Shown: positions 1 through 10,933, counted from the first letter of the stretch. The stretch: DNA of 24,321 nucleotides from Pyrobaculum sp. (GCA_046293555.1 JBKBOT010000022.1:1-24321), one strand, 5' to 3'. A program made the numbers and translations. Notes: generated by a model not told the origin, from the letters alone.

Positions 1-20
1 CGCTGTAGTGTTTTATACAC

Positions 21-3000
21 GAATCTCAAAGAGAGGATTGAAAGAGGGGAGGGTATGCATGCTGATTTCGTAATACGCCGGTATCTCCACCGAATCTCAA
101 AGAGAGGATTGAAAGTTTTCTGCTGCGGCGGTAGTATTACCTGCTGTACAGTGGTACTGAATCTCAAAGAGAGGATTGAAAGATTGTATATGCAATGTCT
201 TTCTTTATTTCCAACTCAGACTTCATGAATCTCAAAGAGAGGATTGAAAGGCTCCGCCGCGGCGGGGGGCTCCACCACGCCGTTCTGCATGAAGAATCTC
301 AAAGAGAGGATTGAAAGGCGTTGACGGGGGAAAAAGAGAAAGGGAAAAAAGCGTTATTTTTTGAATCTCAAAGAGAGGATTGAAAGACAGTATCTACATC
401 GCAGGCGGTGGGTGGCGTGGCAATGTATGAATCTCAAAGAGAGGATTGAAAGGTTCATTAACTCTTCCGCATATTCCTTTGTCAATTCAAGCGTGGAATC
501 TCAAAGAGAGGATTGAAAGACGAGATAATCATATGCGGGTGATGTCACATGTGGATCTGGAATCTCAAAGAGAGGATTGAAAGTTTTTACATTTTTCATA
601 CAAGAATTGTAAATACTTATCTTTTATAAGAATCTCAAAGAGAGGATTGAAAGTGACGATCTCGTTAAGGTGTTGAACGCCGACGTCAAATCCCTCGCAG
701 AATCTCAAAGAGAGGATTGAAAGACTAAGACGTCTGTGGGGGTGCTTAGAATAACATTTGTAAGAATCTCAAAGAGAGGATTGAAAGGTGAATTTAGATC
801 CTGTGGCTTTACAAAATTCACACAAGTTATCGAATCTCAAAGAGAGGATTGAAAGATGCCTTTGTCCCAGCCCATGTCTTTGTAACGTTATTTAAATAAG
901 AATCTCAAAGAGAGGATTGAAAGAGAGAAAGGAAAGGAAAAAGATCCAGACTGGCCTCATCTACGCTGGAATCTCAAAGAGAGGATTGAAAGTCGGTAGC
1001 GGATTTCATATGCGTGAGAAGGGCGTTATGGATTTCGGAATCTCAAAGAGAGGATTGAAAGGGCGGCTACCAGGTCATGAGAAAAGGGATTACAATACCC
1101 CTGGAATCTCAAAGAGAGGATTGAAAGTAACACAATGCGCTGCCGTAAGGCCGCCTACGCCTTGTTGAATCTCAAAGAGAGGATTGAAAGAACTTCTCGA
1201 CGTCGATGGATTTGTCTGAGGTGATTGCTACAAATTTAGAATCTCAAAGAGAGGATTGAAAGTTGATTTGTGTTTCTTGGGTTTGAGACATGCTATTAGA
1301 AACATGAATCTCAAAGAGAGGATTGAAAGTGACGGGCACTTGCATAGAGATAAAAACACACATGTATTTAAGAATCTCAAAGAGAGGATTGAAAGCCAGC
1401 TTGCGTGTTTCCTTCTGTTTCTTTAGAGCTTCTAACATCCCGAATCTCAAAGAGAGGATTGAAAGGAAGTAGTATGCCGCGCGGCACTACTGACAAAGTC
1501 CTCAAGCGTGAATCTCAAAGAGAGGATTGAAAGCTACAACACGGCGCCGGGTACCGCAACTAGTGTAGATCCACGTGAATCTCAAAGAGAGGATTGAAAG
1601 TACTTCTTCTGTAGTTCTTCGGCATAGCCCTTTTGATCATCTCTGAATCTCAAAGAGAGGATTGAAAGGCCTGGCGGAATACGCTTTATACGGCGGCGAT
1701 GTTTATGACATGAATCTCAAAGAGAGGATTGAAAGCCGATGTGTCTGTTGCACCGTAGTTTGTCCATTACGCCATCGGCGGAATCTCAAAGAGAGGATTG
1801 AAAGATGACGTGGGCTAGAAAAAAGAAAGAAAAAATATTAAAGGTGAATCTCAAAGAGAGGATTGAAAGGACATCCGGATGAAGATCTTCCAGCTCCTCA
1901 GCGAAATTCGGAATCTCAAAGAGAGGATTGAAAGTATATACCATTTCATATATTCTTTCCCGATCCTGAGTTTGGGCCTGAGAATCTCAAAGAGAGGATT
2001 GAAAGGACTTTTTTCCACCGCCCGTGAACGGTTGCAGACACTATGAATCTCAAAGAGAGGATTGAAAGTTTGCCTCTTTTACAAACTTTTTCTGTGATTT
2101 TTTCAAACTTTTAAGAATCTCAAAGAGAGGATTGAAAGAGCTGTCTGGCGAACATGATGCCCTTCATGGTGAATACGAGAATCTCAAAGAGAGGATTGAA
2201 AGGCTAACATTTACCCCCAGCTCGGCGGCAACGGTCTTCACGGGAATCTCAAAGAGAGGATTGAAAGTCTAACGCGGCAGCGAGAACGCGCAACTCGCCG
2301 TATTCCTCTAGAATCTCAAAGAGAGGATTGAAAGTATTTCCAAACCGGCGGTATATGCGCCGCTTAATTTCTTTGCCATGGCGAATCTCAAAGAGAGGAT
2401 TGAAAGTAAATATGTTTTAACACATTATATATAACGTAATCATCGACATACGAATCTCAAAGAGAGGATTGAAAGGCAATACCGACAATCAACACCGTTG
2501 AGAGAGGTATAACGGTTGGCGGAATCTCAAAGAGAGGATTGAAAGCAGGTAGAACAACACAACGTCCCCCACCAACACGCTATCGCCGGAATCTCAAAGA
2601 GAGGATTGAAAGTTAAGTTGTTGTAAAGCGTTAGCCATATCGTCTAGATCGGCATGAATCTCAAAGAGAGGATTGAAAGATATCTTCCAAGAACATCGCT
2701 GTATAGTGCATTAAGTGTACTAACGAATCTCAAAGAGAGGATTGAAAGATTATATAAAAGTCAGGCTTGAATTCTAATGCCGGTGTTATTTTTGAATCTC
2801 AAAGAGAGGATTGAAAGATTGACGCATAGCGTTTCCGGATGCGATTAACTCCTCTAGGCGGTCGAATCTCAAAGAGAGGATTGAAAGTAACCCCATGGGG
2901 GCTTAGCCCCCATGGGGCTAACTAGAGTTGAATCTCAAAGAGAGGATTGAAAGCGGACCAACCACAGTCGCCTGGGCAGTCCAGCTCTACACAAGACGAA

Positions 3001-3555
3001 TCTCAAAGAGAGGATTGAAAGCATAATGCTGACTATACGCCCTTATCGCTGGGGCCTCAAAACTCGAATCTCAAAGAGAGGATTGAAAGCTCATGAACGT
3101 AAAACGCCTTTTCGTCAGCGACTTTTAATATGAATCTCAAAGAGAGGATTGAAAGTAGAGGATGCGTTACCGCCCATCTTGCTCTGGCAAGCCTTGCCTT
3201 TCAGAATCTCAAAGAGAGGATTGAAAGAGTTTCTTTATGCCGGAATAGCTGTGGCAACGACAGTGTTTCTGAATCTCAAAGAGAGGATTGAAAGCCACTG
3301 TGAGGTTGACAAAATCACGACGGCGTTAATGGACTGGGAATCTCAAAGAGAGGATTGAAAGGTACTCCCTAAACCATCGCCTGTCGAAATGCGTTTCGAG
3401 ATGTGAATCTCAAAGAGAGGATTGAAAGATAACGCATACTGTGTTATAATAAACGCGGCATCGTCCATTTCACGAATCTCAAAGAGAGGATTGAAAGCAC
3501 ACGAAGACCTGGATGGCTGCGGGCGCTGGGCGAATCTCAAAAAGAGGATTGAAAG
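21..3555 (+). CRISPR. CRISPR array, 53 x 24-bp repeat GAATCTCAAAGAGAGGATTGAAAG, 52 full spacers of 39-48 bp; probably continues upstream of the window
   Basis: Repeats counted by eye, first at 21 and last at 3532. The last repeat has a G11A change and a half-repeat GGATTGTAAAG follows at 3589-3599, marking the trailer end. The ATTGAAAG 3' end is the usual Cas6 8-nt handle, implying + strand transcription. Bases 1-20 are a partial spacer. Confidence 0.99.
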
Positions 3556-3775
3556 CTGTAAAATTGGCGTATGCCAGTTTTTCGTGTCGGATTGTAAAGG
3601 GGATGGCAGAAAATGTGATAGAGCTGGCTGCGGTGTTGCGTCTTGACGGCGGTGGGCGTCGAGAGGCCGACCTGGCGGGATGGCGTCTGGCGCTTGGCTG
3701 GGGGTGATTTTTGTATCCACGTGTTGGTTAGATTTGGTGAGGCGGGTGTTTCCGCCGGGGGGCTGGGGTTTGTGG

Positions 3776-5029
3776 CTAGTGTTCTGTAAGTAGCCAGTAC
3801 CATAGCGGCAGCGCCTCGACGCCGTCTATCTTTCCGTGGTAGTTCCACGTCAGTATTAACGTCTTTTTGGGTTTTAGCTCCCTCTCGGCCTTTTTTATCG
3901 CCTTGACTTCTCTCTCCGCTATGGCGTCCTCGGCGTAGGTTACCTGGATAAGTTTCTCCGCCTCGAAGTTTTTAGCCACGACGAGGTCCACCTCGGCGCC
4001 TGTGGCTTTTCCGTATTCTTTCCAGTAGTAGACCTCCTCCCCCCTCCTCGCCAGGTGGAGATAGGTGGCGTTTTCCATGGCTTTCGAGATGGAGAACTCG
4101 TAGCCGAGGGCTGTGGGGTATCCGGTGTCTATTATGTAGAGCTTTTTTGGGTTTGTCTTTCTCTTCCTTTCGCTTTTTTGAAAGATCTCTACCGTAAAGG
4201 CGAAGTAGGTCTCTCTAGCTCTGTTAACCATCTCTACAACCCTCTCCTTGCCTATAGAGAACCCTAGCGACTTGAGGTAGCTATATGCCCTATTTATCGT
4301 GAAGGGCTGGGCGTAGTTAGCCACTATGTACAACGCCAGGGCTTCCGCCAGGGGGCCGCCCCCCAGGTCTCTGACCACTACGGAGTCAAAGTATGCCTTA
4401 AGTACGCGCCTCTTGTCTTTCTCCAGGGCCACCGCCGGGTAGGCGCCGTAGTAGAGATACTGCCGCAGGAGGGATAGGACTTTTCCCCTCTCTGCGCTAT
4501 GTAGGAGAACTGCCGGCTTGGGTTCGTAGCCCAGGAAGGAGAGGTATTCCCTAAAGGAGAGTGGGTAGACCTCATAGTGTATACACCTCCCCCTAAGCTC
4601 CTCGGCGATTTTGGCCGGAGTTAAGGCCGAGGAGGAGCCGGAGATGTACACCCTGGCATCTAGCCTCCTCCTAAACCAACTCCCGAAATCCCTCACCGCT
4701 TGTATCTCGTCTAGGAAGAGGTATCTAGGCCTTTTCCCCGTCAGCTCCTGAAAGGCGGCTAACATATCGTCGAGATCCACCGCAGAGAGCCCCCTCAACC
4801 TCGCGTGTTCAAAGTCGACATATAAAACCTCGTCAAAGGCGGCGAGGCCGCTCTCCACAACTTTCCTTATGGTGGAGTAGAGGAGGTAAGTCTTGCCACT
4901 CCTCCTGGCGCCAGTCACCGCCACAATAAGGCTTGTGTCCAGAGGCAAAGCCACCTCCCTTTCCTTCACCTCTGGAAGCCCCCCACCTAGCCACTCCGCA
5001 ATGACGTACCTAAAATCTCCCACCCGCAC
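3776..5029 (-). CDS. AAA_14 ATPase with C-terminal DUF4143 (PD-(D/E)XK-like) domain
   Basis: Walker A GARRSGKT, Walker B LFLDEIQ, SGSS, LRGR, PLSFREY, KLYIIDTG, MENA and EVDLV motifs. Start moved from 5116 to GTG 5029 because TATATAAA lies about 25 bp upstream. Confidence 0.9.
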   Translation of the reverse strand: MRVGDFRYVIAEWLGGGLPEVKEREVALPLDTSLIVAVTGARRSGKTYLLYSTIRKVVESGLAAFDEVLYVDFEHARLRGLSAVDLDDMLAAFQELTGKRPRYLFLDEIQAVRDFGSWFRRRLDARVYISGSSSALTPAKIAEELRGRCIHYEVYPLSFREYLSFLGYEPKPAVLLHSAERGKVLSLLRQYLYYGAYPAVALEKDKRRVLKAYFDSVVVRDLGGGPLAEALALYIVANYAQPFTINRAYSYLKSLGFSIGKERVVEMVNRARETYFAFTVEIFQKSERKRKTNPKKLYIIDTGYPTALGYEFSISKAMENATYLHLARRGEEVYYWKEYGKATGAEVDLVVAKNFEAEKLIQVTYAEDAIAEREVKAIKKAERELKPKKTLILTWNYHGKIDGVEALPLWYWLLTEH

Positions 5030-5030
5030 A

Positions 5031-5079
5031 TAGTCTAAAACAGACCAGTTTATATAGAAAACTGGTCTAAAACAGACCA
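5031..5079. promoter_or_regulatory. Two 17-bp palindromic operator-like sites flanking the TATA box of the ATPase gene
   Basis: TAGTCTAAAACAGACCA (5031-5047) and TGGTCTAAAACAGACCA (5063-5079), 32 bp apart, with TTTATATA at 5049-5056 between them. Confidence 0.7.
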
Positions 5080-5918
5080 CTTTCAAGGCGCGAGTAGTGC
5101 ACGTCCAGACGTGCAATGAGCTTTAATAACGTGTTACGGCGTGGCGAACTGAATCGGCCTAGACGGCTGTGAAGACGGGAAGGCTTGTGGAGGTGGCCGC
5201 CGAGAGGGCTCTCCAGCGCCACGGCGTGGGGCCGTCCAGTCTCTACCTAGGACCCCCGCAGAGGACAAGGCGGGAAGCTACCAGCTAGGGAGTCTGCTGC
5301 GTTAACCTCCTCTATCTAAGACAGCGGGAAGCTACTCCTGCCCGCCAGCGGCGTCCCCATCGATACGAGAGAGGGGCGGTGGGGCCCGTCGGCGAGAGTA
5401 TGTGGCTCTTTAACTCGAGGTGTTAAAGGCATTAGAGAGAGGGGCCGGGTCGGCAGTCAGCCCGACAGCACGGCTTGACGCAAGACGTGACGCCAGAAAA
5501 CCGTTTATCAATCCCATCGTGCCCATCGACGTGTGAGTTTACCACAGTGGAGCAGGCCTTGTAAGAGGCGTGCGGCAAGCTGCCTGCCAGCGGCCCCAGA
5601 TAAGACGAAGGCCCCTGACGGCTTGAGACAAGAACCGGGCGGCGACAGGCTGAAGGCCGGGGAGAGGCTGTGGAGACGTTAGGCAGGAGGAGGCGATTTG
5701 TGGGCTCGTCAGGGGCAGTAGTGACGAGAACAGACATTTCGCCGCCGCGCCGAGCTGCGATGAACCCAACGTACAGACCCAACGGGCCTTGTTGACTTAA
5801 GGGGACGGTAATTCTTCCCGCCGCTCCGTTAAGAGCACGACCTCCGGCTGGCCAGAGCGTGAGGGGGACTCATCACGATGGCCGCTCGAGGAGCTGTAAG
5901 ATAAGAGGAGTGACAGGG

Positions 5919-6506
5919 CTACAGCTTTTTTATCTGCACTATTATGTCTTTAGAGTAGTGGACAAGGGCGTAATACCCCCTCTTCAGCGGACCCGCGTTG
6001 ACGTGTATCGTACCTCCTCTTACCACATGGCCGGGCGTCTCGTGGACGTGGCCGAAGAGATGTAGTCTAGGCCTCACGCCTTCTACTAACTCCCTAACTT
6101 CACGTAGCCCGATATGTAACCCTGGTTGAGGCTCGTCTAACACCCCGACTGGGGGGTGATGTGATATTAACACGTCGAGTTTTCCAAAACTCCCCAACGT
6201 CTCTTTAAGCCTCTCCACGTCGTCTACGGGGTCTAAACCCCCCAGCCCCCCGATGGTTATGTCTCCAAAAGCCGTCACCCTCCCGTCGAGAGAGATGCCT
6301 AACTTCTCAAGCCCTCTCCTCACCTCTATGTCGTCCATGTTTCCTGTTACGGCAAAAGCCTTAACTCCAGCAAGGATGTCGACAGTCTCTATACACTCAA
6401 AATCGCCAGTGGCGAGCACTAAGTCATACCGCTCGGAGTTTAAAACCTTGGCAAGCCTCTTACTGTCACAATGGACGTCAGAGATATGTAGTATTCTAAC
6501 CGACAT
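5919..6506 (-). CDS. Calcineurin-like metallophosphoesterase (Icc-related)
   Basis: Motifs HISDVH, TGD, GNMD, SHHPP and GHVHE. Confidence 0.92.
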   Translation of the reverse strand: MSVRILHISDVHCDSKRLAKVLNSERYDLVLATGDFECIETVDILAGVKAFAVTGNMDDIEVRRGLEKLGISLDGRVTAFGDITIGGLGGLDPVDDVERLKETLGSFGKLDVLISHHPPVGVLDEPQPGLHIGLREVRELVEGVRPRLHLFGHVHETPGHVVRGGTIHVNAGPLKRGYYALVHYSKDIIVQIKKL

Positions 6507-7674
6507 GTCTTAAACAAGATGTCTCAATAAATTTTACGCCGACGTGTAGATGTTCACATCGTAACACACCTCTTGCGTCTATTAACCGTTAAGACGTGTC
6601 GCCATAGGGCTGTCAGCTTAAGAATAGGTTCGAGAGAGCTGGAGGTATGACAGCGTTAATAATGGCCAGGGGGCAGGCCGCCGTTAGGACAAAACGGCTT
6701 AAAAGCTGAGGTGAAGACAAGAAAGAGGGGGTGAGGACTTGAGGGCGACGTCACAGATGGCGATAAATATGGCAACTACAGTGACAAATCACCGCAATGA
6801 CAAAAGCGCTGACAATAGACGAGAGGGACAATGGGGGGCAAGCTTCCCAAAATGACGAAAACAACAAGGGGCTTTACGAAGTCAAGCTAGCCGCACAGAA
6901 GGTAAATAGACATACGTCAAGCCGTCACCTCTCCAGCAGAGCTATCCGTAAGACCTTCACGTCGTTAGAAGTTCTGAACGTGAAGAGAGGAGACGGTGTT
7001 ATCTTACGGCGCTTTTAGGCGCTTATGTGTCATATAGAAGTGAGGCCTCTCGTAAAGACGTCAAGATGTCTGAACGGTTTTTGGCCCGGCGCGAGAGAAA
7101 AGTGACGTTATATGTCGTCATAACATACGGCTTGACGCAAAAAGCCTTAATCTTTAAAGACGCGCTTACATGTTCCCGAAGACGTCAACGCACTGTTTTT
7201 AAACAAGGCGCGGTTTACGACAAGACGAGAGCTTTTTAGAAGAGGCCTCGAGAGAGTTAAAGAGGGGGCTACTTCTTGTAGCCACAGCCGAGCTCCCGCC
7301 AAGAGGCAGACAATCCCCACGTCCAGTTGAGAACTTCGCCAAGGTCGTCTCTTAAAGAGGAGGGACTCAAGCCGACTGGTTAGACCAGAGACTAAAGGGC
7401 AAATCGCCGAGAAGATTCCTAAAAGACGGCGTGAAGTCTTGACAAGACCCCTGCGGCTGAGCCGTTGCCGAATTGGCCCAGACGTTTTCCCGTAAGCTGT
7501 TAATAAGAAGTATGGCCGTAATTATCAGAGAGGGCTTTACCCCATCCCCATGCCGTGGGCACGATGTCCGCACTACTGTCAAAAGGGAGTGAACAAGGAG
7601 AAGACGAGGGCAATAAGCGTTTAACAAACGGCCGTAACGTCGTGAGATTTATAAAACCGGGCGTCAGTAAAAAG

Positions 7675-8073
7675 GTGGCCGGGCTAGACAGCGGCCTCCT
7701 TCTCAAGATGGCTGAGGTGTTTTACACTAGGGCACGTGAGGAGTTTGAAAAGGCGTTGGCCACAGGCGACACAGTGGGCGTAAGAGACGCCGCGGAGAAG
7801 GCTTGGAACGCGGTGGTGCACGCGGTAGACGCCTTGATACTTAAATACGGCGAGGCCCTCCCCACAAGCCACTTCGAGAGGAGGAGGCGCCTTAGGGAGC
7901 TAGAGAGGAGAGTTAAAGAGATCGAAAAGCTGGGACTTTTAGATAGATACATGGCGCGCCACAAGGTGCTACACGGCGAGACCTTCTACGAGGGGCTTAT
8001 AGACGTGGAACAACTCAAGACAGAGATAGAAAAGGTGAAGAAGATGATAGAAGACATAAAGACGTTAATATAA
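7675..8073 (+). CDS. PaREP1-family (HEPN-superfamily) protein
   Basis: RDAAEKAWNAV helix, SH motif and RHKVLH (Rx4H) followed by FYEG. Start moved to GTG 7675, downstream of TTTATAAAA at 7648-7656. Confidence 0.8.
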   Translation: MAGLDSGLLLKMAEVFYTRAREEFEKALATGDTVGVRDAAEKAWNAVVHAVDALILKYGEALPTSHFERRRRLRELERRVKEIEKLGLLDRYMARHKVLHGETFYEGLIDVEQLKTEIEKVKKMIEDIKTLI

Positions 8074-8662
8074 CGACACGAGTTTGCCAGAGCTTAGTAC
8101 AGAGCTACGCCCAAGCGTGTCCGCCTTAAGGCGACCTGTGGATTAAAAAAACGGACGATAAATCTGGCGGCCGGGCGGGGAAGGCGCCCCCACTGCCTTT
8201 GTAGATTATACCTGGCGGGTTGTTGACATACATGCCCCGCCCCCGTTTGTCTCACGTCTAAGTCTTTCTCCCAGCAACACAGCTGCCTTTAAGGCAAGTC
8301 CATCGAGCCGACGGCGTGAAGAGTACGACAGTCAAGTCAACCCCGCCTTAAGACTTTACGTATTTCGACAGACATAAGCCAGGAACCACACGCTGTGTAG
8401 ACACCCCCACTAAACGACAGCAGGTCTCCACACATCAGAACGCCTCCTACCGCCCCCCACCCACAGCGACGTGAGACGCTCAGCGGCCGAGGCCCCCGGA
8501 GGTTCCCCACCCCCCCATCCCCCCTCCCAAGACCCCAAAACCTGTGGCCCATGAGGGGGGCGTTGGGATGGCGAAAACGCCGTGACTCTGTCTCCCCCTT
8601 TCTTAACTCCCCCGTCGTAGTTCATATGGATAAGGGTTAAATCAGGAGTGTAGTAGTTACAC

Positions 8663-9280
8663 ATGGCTTCATTACGAAAGACGTGGATTGTCGCGGCGTT
8701 GGCTATCGCCGCGGCGGTTGTTGTGGTGGTTCAGAGCTATGCCGCGGTTAACTACGGCGTTGGGAAAGGCCAAATAAAAGAGGGCCAAATTGACGTGACT
8801 GGTCTTAAGTTCTTTATCGTCGGCGAGGGCGAGACGGCGGATAGCTTAGTGGCTTGTTTACGTGCTGTAGGCGCCGAGGTTAGGAGGGTAAGCGTAGATG
8901 CGCTTCTCGGCATAGGCCTCGGCGACAGGTCTGTCGTGATTTTCGAGGGGGATTTTCTCGCAAAACGCCTTAGAGATACGGCAGTTCATGAGGTTTTAAA
9001 AAAGGCCGTAAGTAGCGGAGCTGCGGTGGTGGCTGTGGGTGGGGACACCTCTAAGCTCTTCGACGCGTTGCACGAGGCGGGGCTCTACAGTATAGCCTTT
9101 GAGGAGGATGGGAAGACGGCCTACAGAAACCCGGCGTATGACAGCCCCCTCGCCGCTGGGTTTAAGACTGGACATATGCAAAACGGCACGTCGTATAGAT
9201 ACCCGGCGGTAATGACATATAAAGGCGATAGCCCATGTTCTGCAATAAAGGCGGTGACAGAGTGGGTGAAAACACGATAG
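8663..9280 (+). CDS. Secreted or membrane-anchored hypothetical protein (205 aa), probably the N-terminal part of a longer disrupted gene
   Basis: Basic plus hydrophobic N-terminus (MASLRKTWIVAALAIAAAVVVVV) and an alpha/beta-like body. Disrupted coding-like sequence continues downstream. Confidence 0.75.
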   Translation: MASLRKTWIVAALAIAAAVVVVVQSYAAVNYGVGKGQIKEGQIDVTGLKFFIVGEGETADSLVACLRAVGAEVRRVSVDALLGIGLGDRSVVIFEGDFLAKRLRDTAVHEVLKKAVSSGAAVVAVGGDTSKLFDALHEAGLYSIAFEEDGKTAYRNPAYDSPLAAGFKTGHMQNGTSYRYPAVMTYKGDSPCSAIKAVTEWVKTR

Positions 9281-9349
9281 AGCTGTTACTGACGTTATTA
9301 AGCCTCTGTAAAACCCTTACTTACTTGTAAAGAGTATACCACATCGAGT

Positions 9350-9840
9350 CGCTATATGGGAAGCTGAATATAATAGTGACTAGCTAATAAATGATGGTGT
9401 ATATGACTACGACTGGTATTTCTACGGGGTGAAGATCCAAACAGTTCCCGGGACAGTGGCTTATGGGAGCGATAGATCACACATGGGTCAACTACACGGT
9501 ATTTAACCCAAGTACAGATGGCTTGTGGATTACGGCCCAACAACAACTTAAGGCGCAACTACCGTGACGGTGATTCTTACAGCTGTGGCAGGTCCTGAAG
9601 GGCCCTCAGTAGGCTGTAGCGTATCACACCGTTACTGATGGCTTGACAGAAGCGACTTTAGCGTTCACAGAGCTTTTTGGAAGCATGATATAAACAGCAC
9701 CAAATCTGTCGGCCAGTATACATACTTAGTAAAACCTGGCTTTGTCGTCAAGACAAGGCAGAATGTTCGCTAGTGGACGGGTGGTACTAAGTACAGTGGA
9801 GCCGCCCCGTCTGGTGGTGGCGGGAGTCTGTATATGTAAA
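9350..9840 (+). pseudogene. Decayed beta-rich extracellular domain with several stops and frameshifts
   Basis: Frame-hopping translation gives NDGVYDYDWYFYGVKIQTVPGTVAYGSD / DHTWVNYTVFNP / WLVDYGPTTT*GATTVTVILTAVAGPEGPSVG / DRSDFSVHRAFWKHDIN...YLVKPGFVVKT / LVDGWY*VQWSRP. Confidence 0.7.
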
Positions 9841-10195
9841 CATCAACCCTCAACGGCTAGACGCTTGTTACACCACCTCGCCTGACCAACTATTTTAACC
9901 CACCTCGTTTTTCCTATATCTGTCTCGGCGCCGTTTTGTTATTAATTCAACCCGGGAGCTTTGAGCTTTAACGCACCTTACCTAACAAATGGCATATTGC
10001 CATTCTGCCTCATAGATGGCCTCATCTTTGGTGAGCCGCATGTTTTTGGCCATGTGGGGAGCGTCCTCTCACATGGGGACGCGTCGCCGAGTGGCTTCAC
10101 ATAAAGCCCCACTGCGACGCGTCGCCGTGGTTTTCATACGATTTAATGCCACGTCTGTGACGTGATTAATTGTGTCTGTGGCTATATGTGGTGAG

Positions 10196-10933
10196 TTACA
10201 GTACTTTTGTCCTTTCTTTTACGTTTTCTATTAGCCAGACCCCCATCTCTTGTGCCTTTTCTACCGTGCCCGGTGTGGCCACCATGCAGTATAGCACCGC
10301 CACCACTCTGCCGGGGAATTTCTCCGGCCATCTCTCTAACGCCCTCTTCACCCTATTTACAGTCTTTACCACAGTTTTTGCGCCAGCTTTCGTCTTAGCC
10401 TCACCCACCACAGTCAAGTCGCCGGTGGTACAATATACGTCAAACTCATATTTCCTATCCAGCCAAAGTCTCCCCGGCGTGCACTTAATCCCCCTCTCTT
10501 TTAGAAGCCACTCCACCACCTCCCTCGCCTCCTCCTCCAAGGTGATCATAATCCTATTAATCTGCTCCTTAGTGGCCATCCTATCCTCAACCCTCTTCAA
10601 ATCCTCCTTAGTGGCCATAGTCTTCTCGATTCTCTCCACTCTTTCCTCCAGCTTTCTCAACTCCTCTCTAATCTTCTCTAGTTCTTCTCTTGTGGCCATT
10701 TCTTTTCTTATCTGTTGGATGTCTTCTTTTGTGGCTGTGTTTAGTGGCACCGCTATTGTTTTTGCCATTTCTGTGGCCAGCCTTAATCTTGCCTGCGGGT
10801 CTGCCAGAATGGCGTCTAACAACCTGCCGCCATCTATGGCATCGAGAATTACGCCGCGGAGAAACTCTCTATCCTCTTGTAGCAACCTTGTGAGAGCCTC
10901 CTTAAGAACCTCTAAAGACAGCGAGGTAGACAC
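10196..10933 (-). CDS. ATK-repeat (beta-layer) coiled-coil protein with C-terminal PD-(D/E)XK nuclease domain, short paralog (245 aa)
   Basis: Four xAT(K/R)E(D/E/Q) motifs, then EEEAR...YEFDVYC...VVGEAK. TATTTAA lies about 25 bp upstream of the GTG. Confidence 0.85.
   Translation of the reverse strand: MSTSLSLEVLKEALTRLLQEDREFLRGVILDAIDGGRLLDAILADPQARLRLATEMAKTIAVPLNTATKEDIQQIRKEMATREELEKIREELRKLEERVERIEKTMATKEDLKRVEDRMATKEQINRIMITLEEEAREVVEWLLKERGIKCTPGRLWLDRKYEFDVYCTTGDLTVVGEAKTKAGAKTVVKTVNRVKRALERWPEKFPGRVVAVLYCMVATPGTVEKAQEMGVWLIENVKERTKVL

Noticed and set aside
1601-1644. Spacer self-targeting the coiled-coil gene near 18530
   Set aside because: The resemblance is only at the amino-acid level (ELQKKY vs ELQKRY) and the nucleotide match is poor. 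No self-targeting spacer was seen by eye.
917-3848. ORFs within or overlapping the CRISPR array
   Set aside because: They are translations of repeats and spacers (recurring ISKRGLK / FNPLFEI).
5120-5900. Short ORFs and a 12-bp direct repeat GCGGGAAGCTAC
   Set aside because: Probably decayed coding DNA; no family could be assigned.
6540-7550. Short ORFs and hydrophobic minus-strand fragments
   Set aside because: Possibly a membrane-gene relic, but too degraded to support a call.
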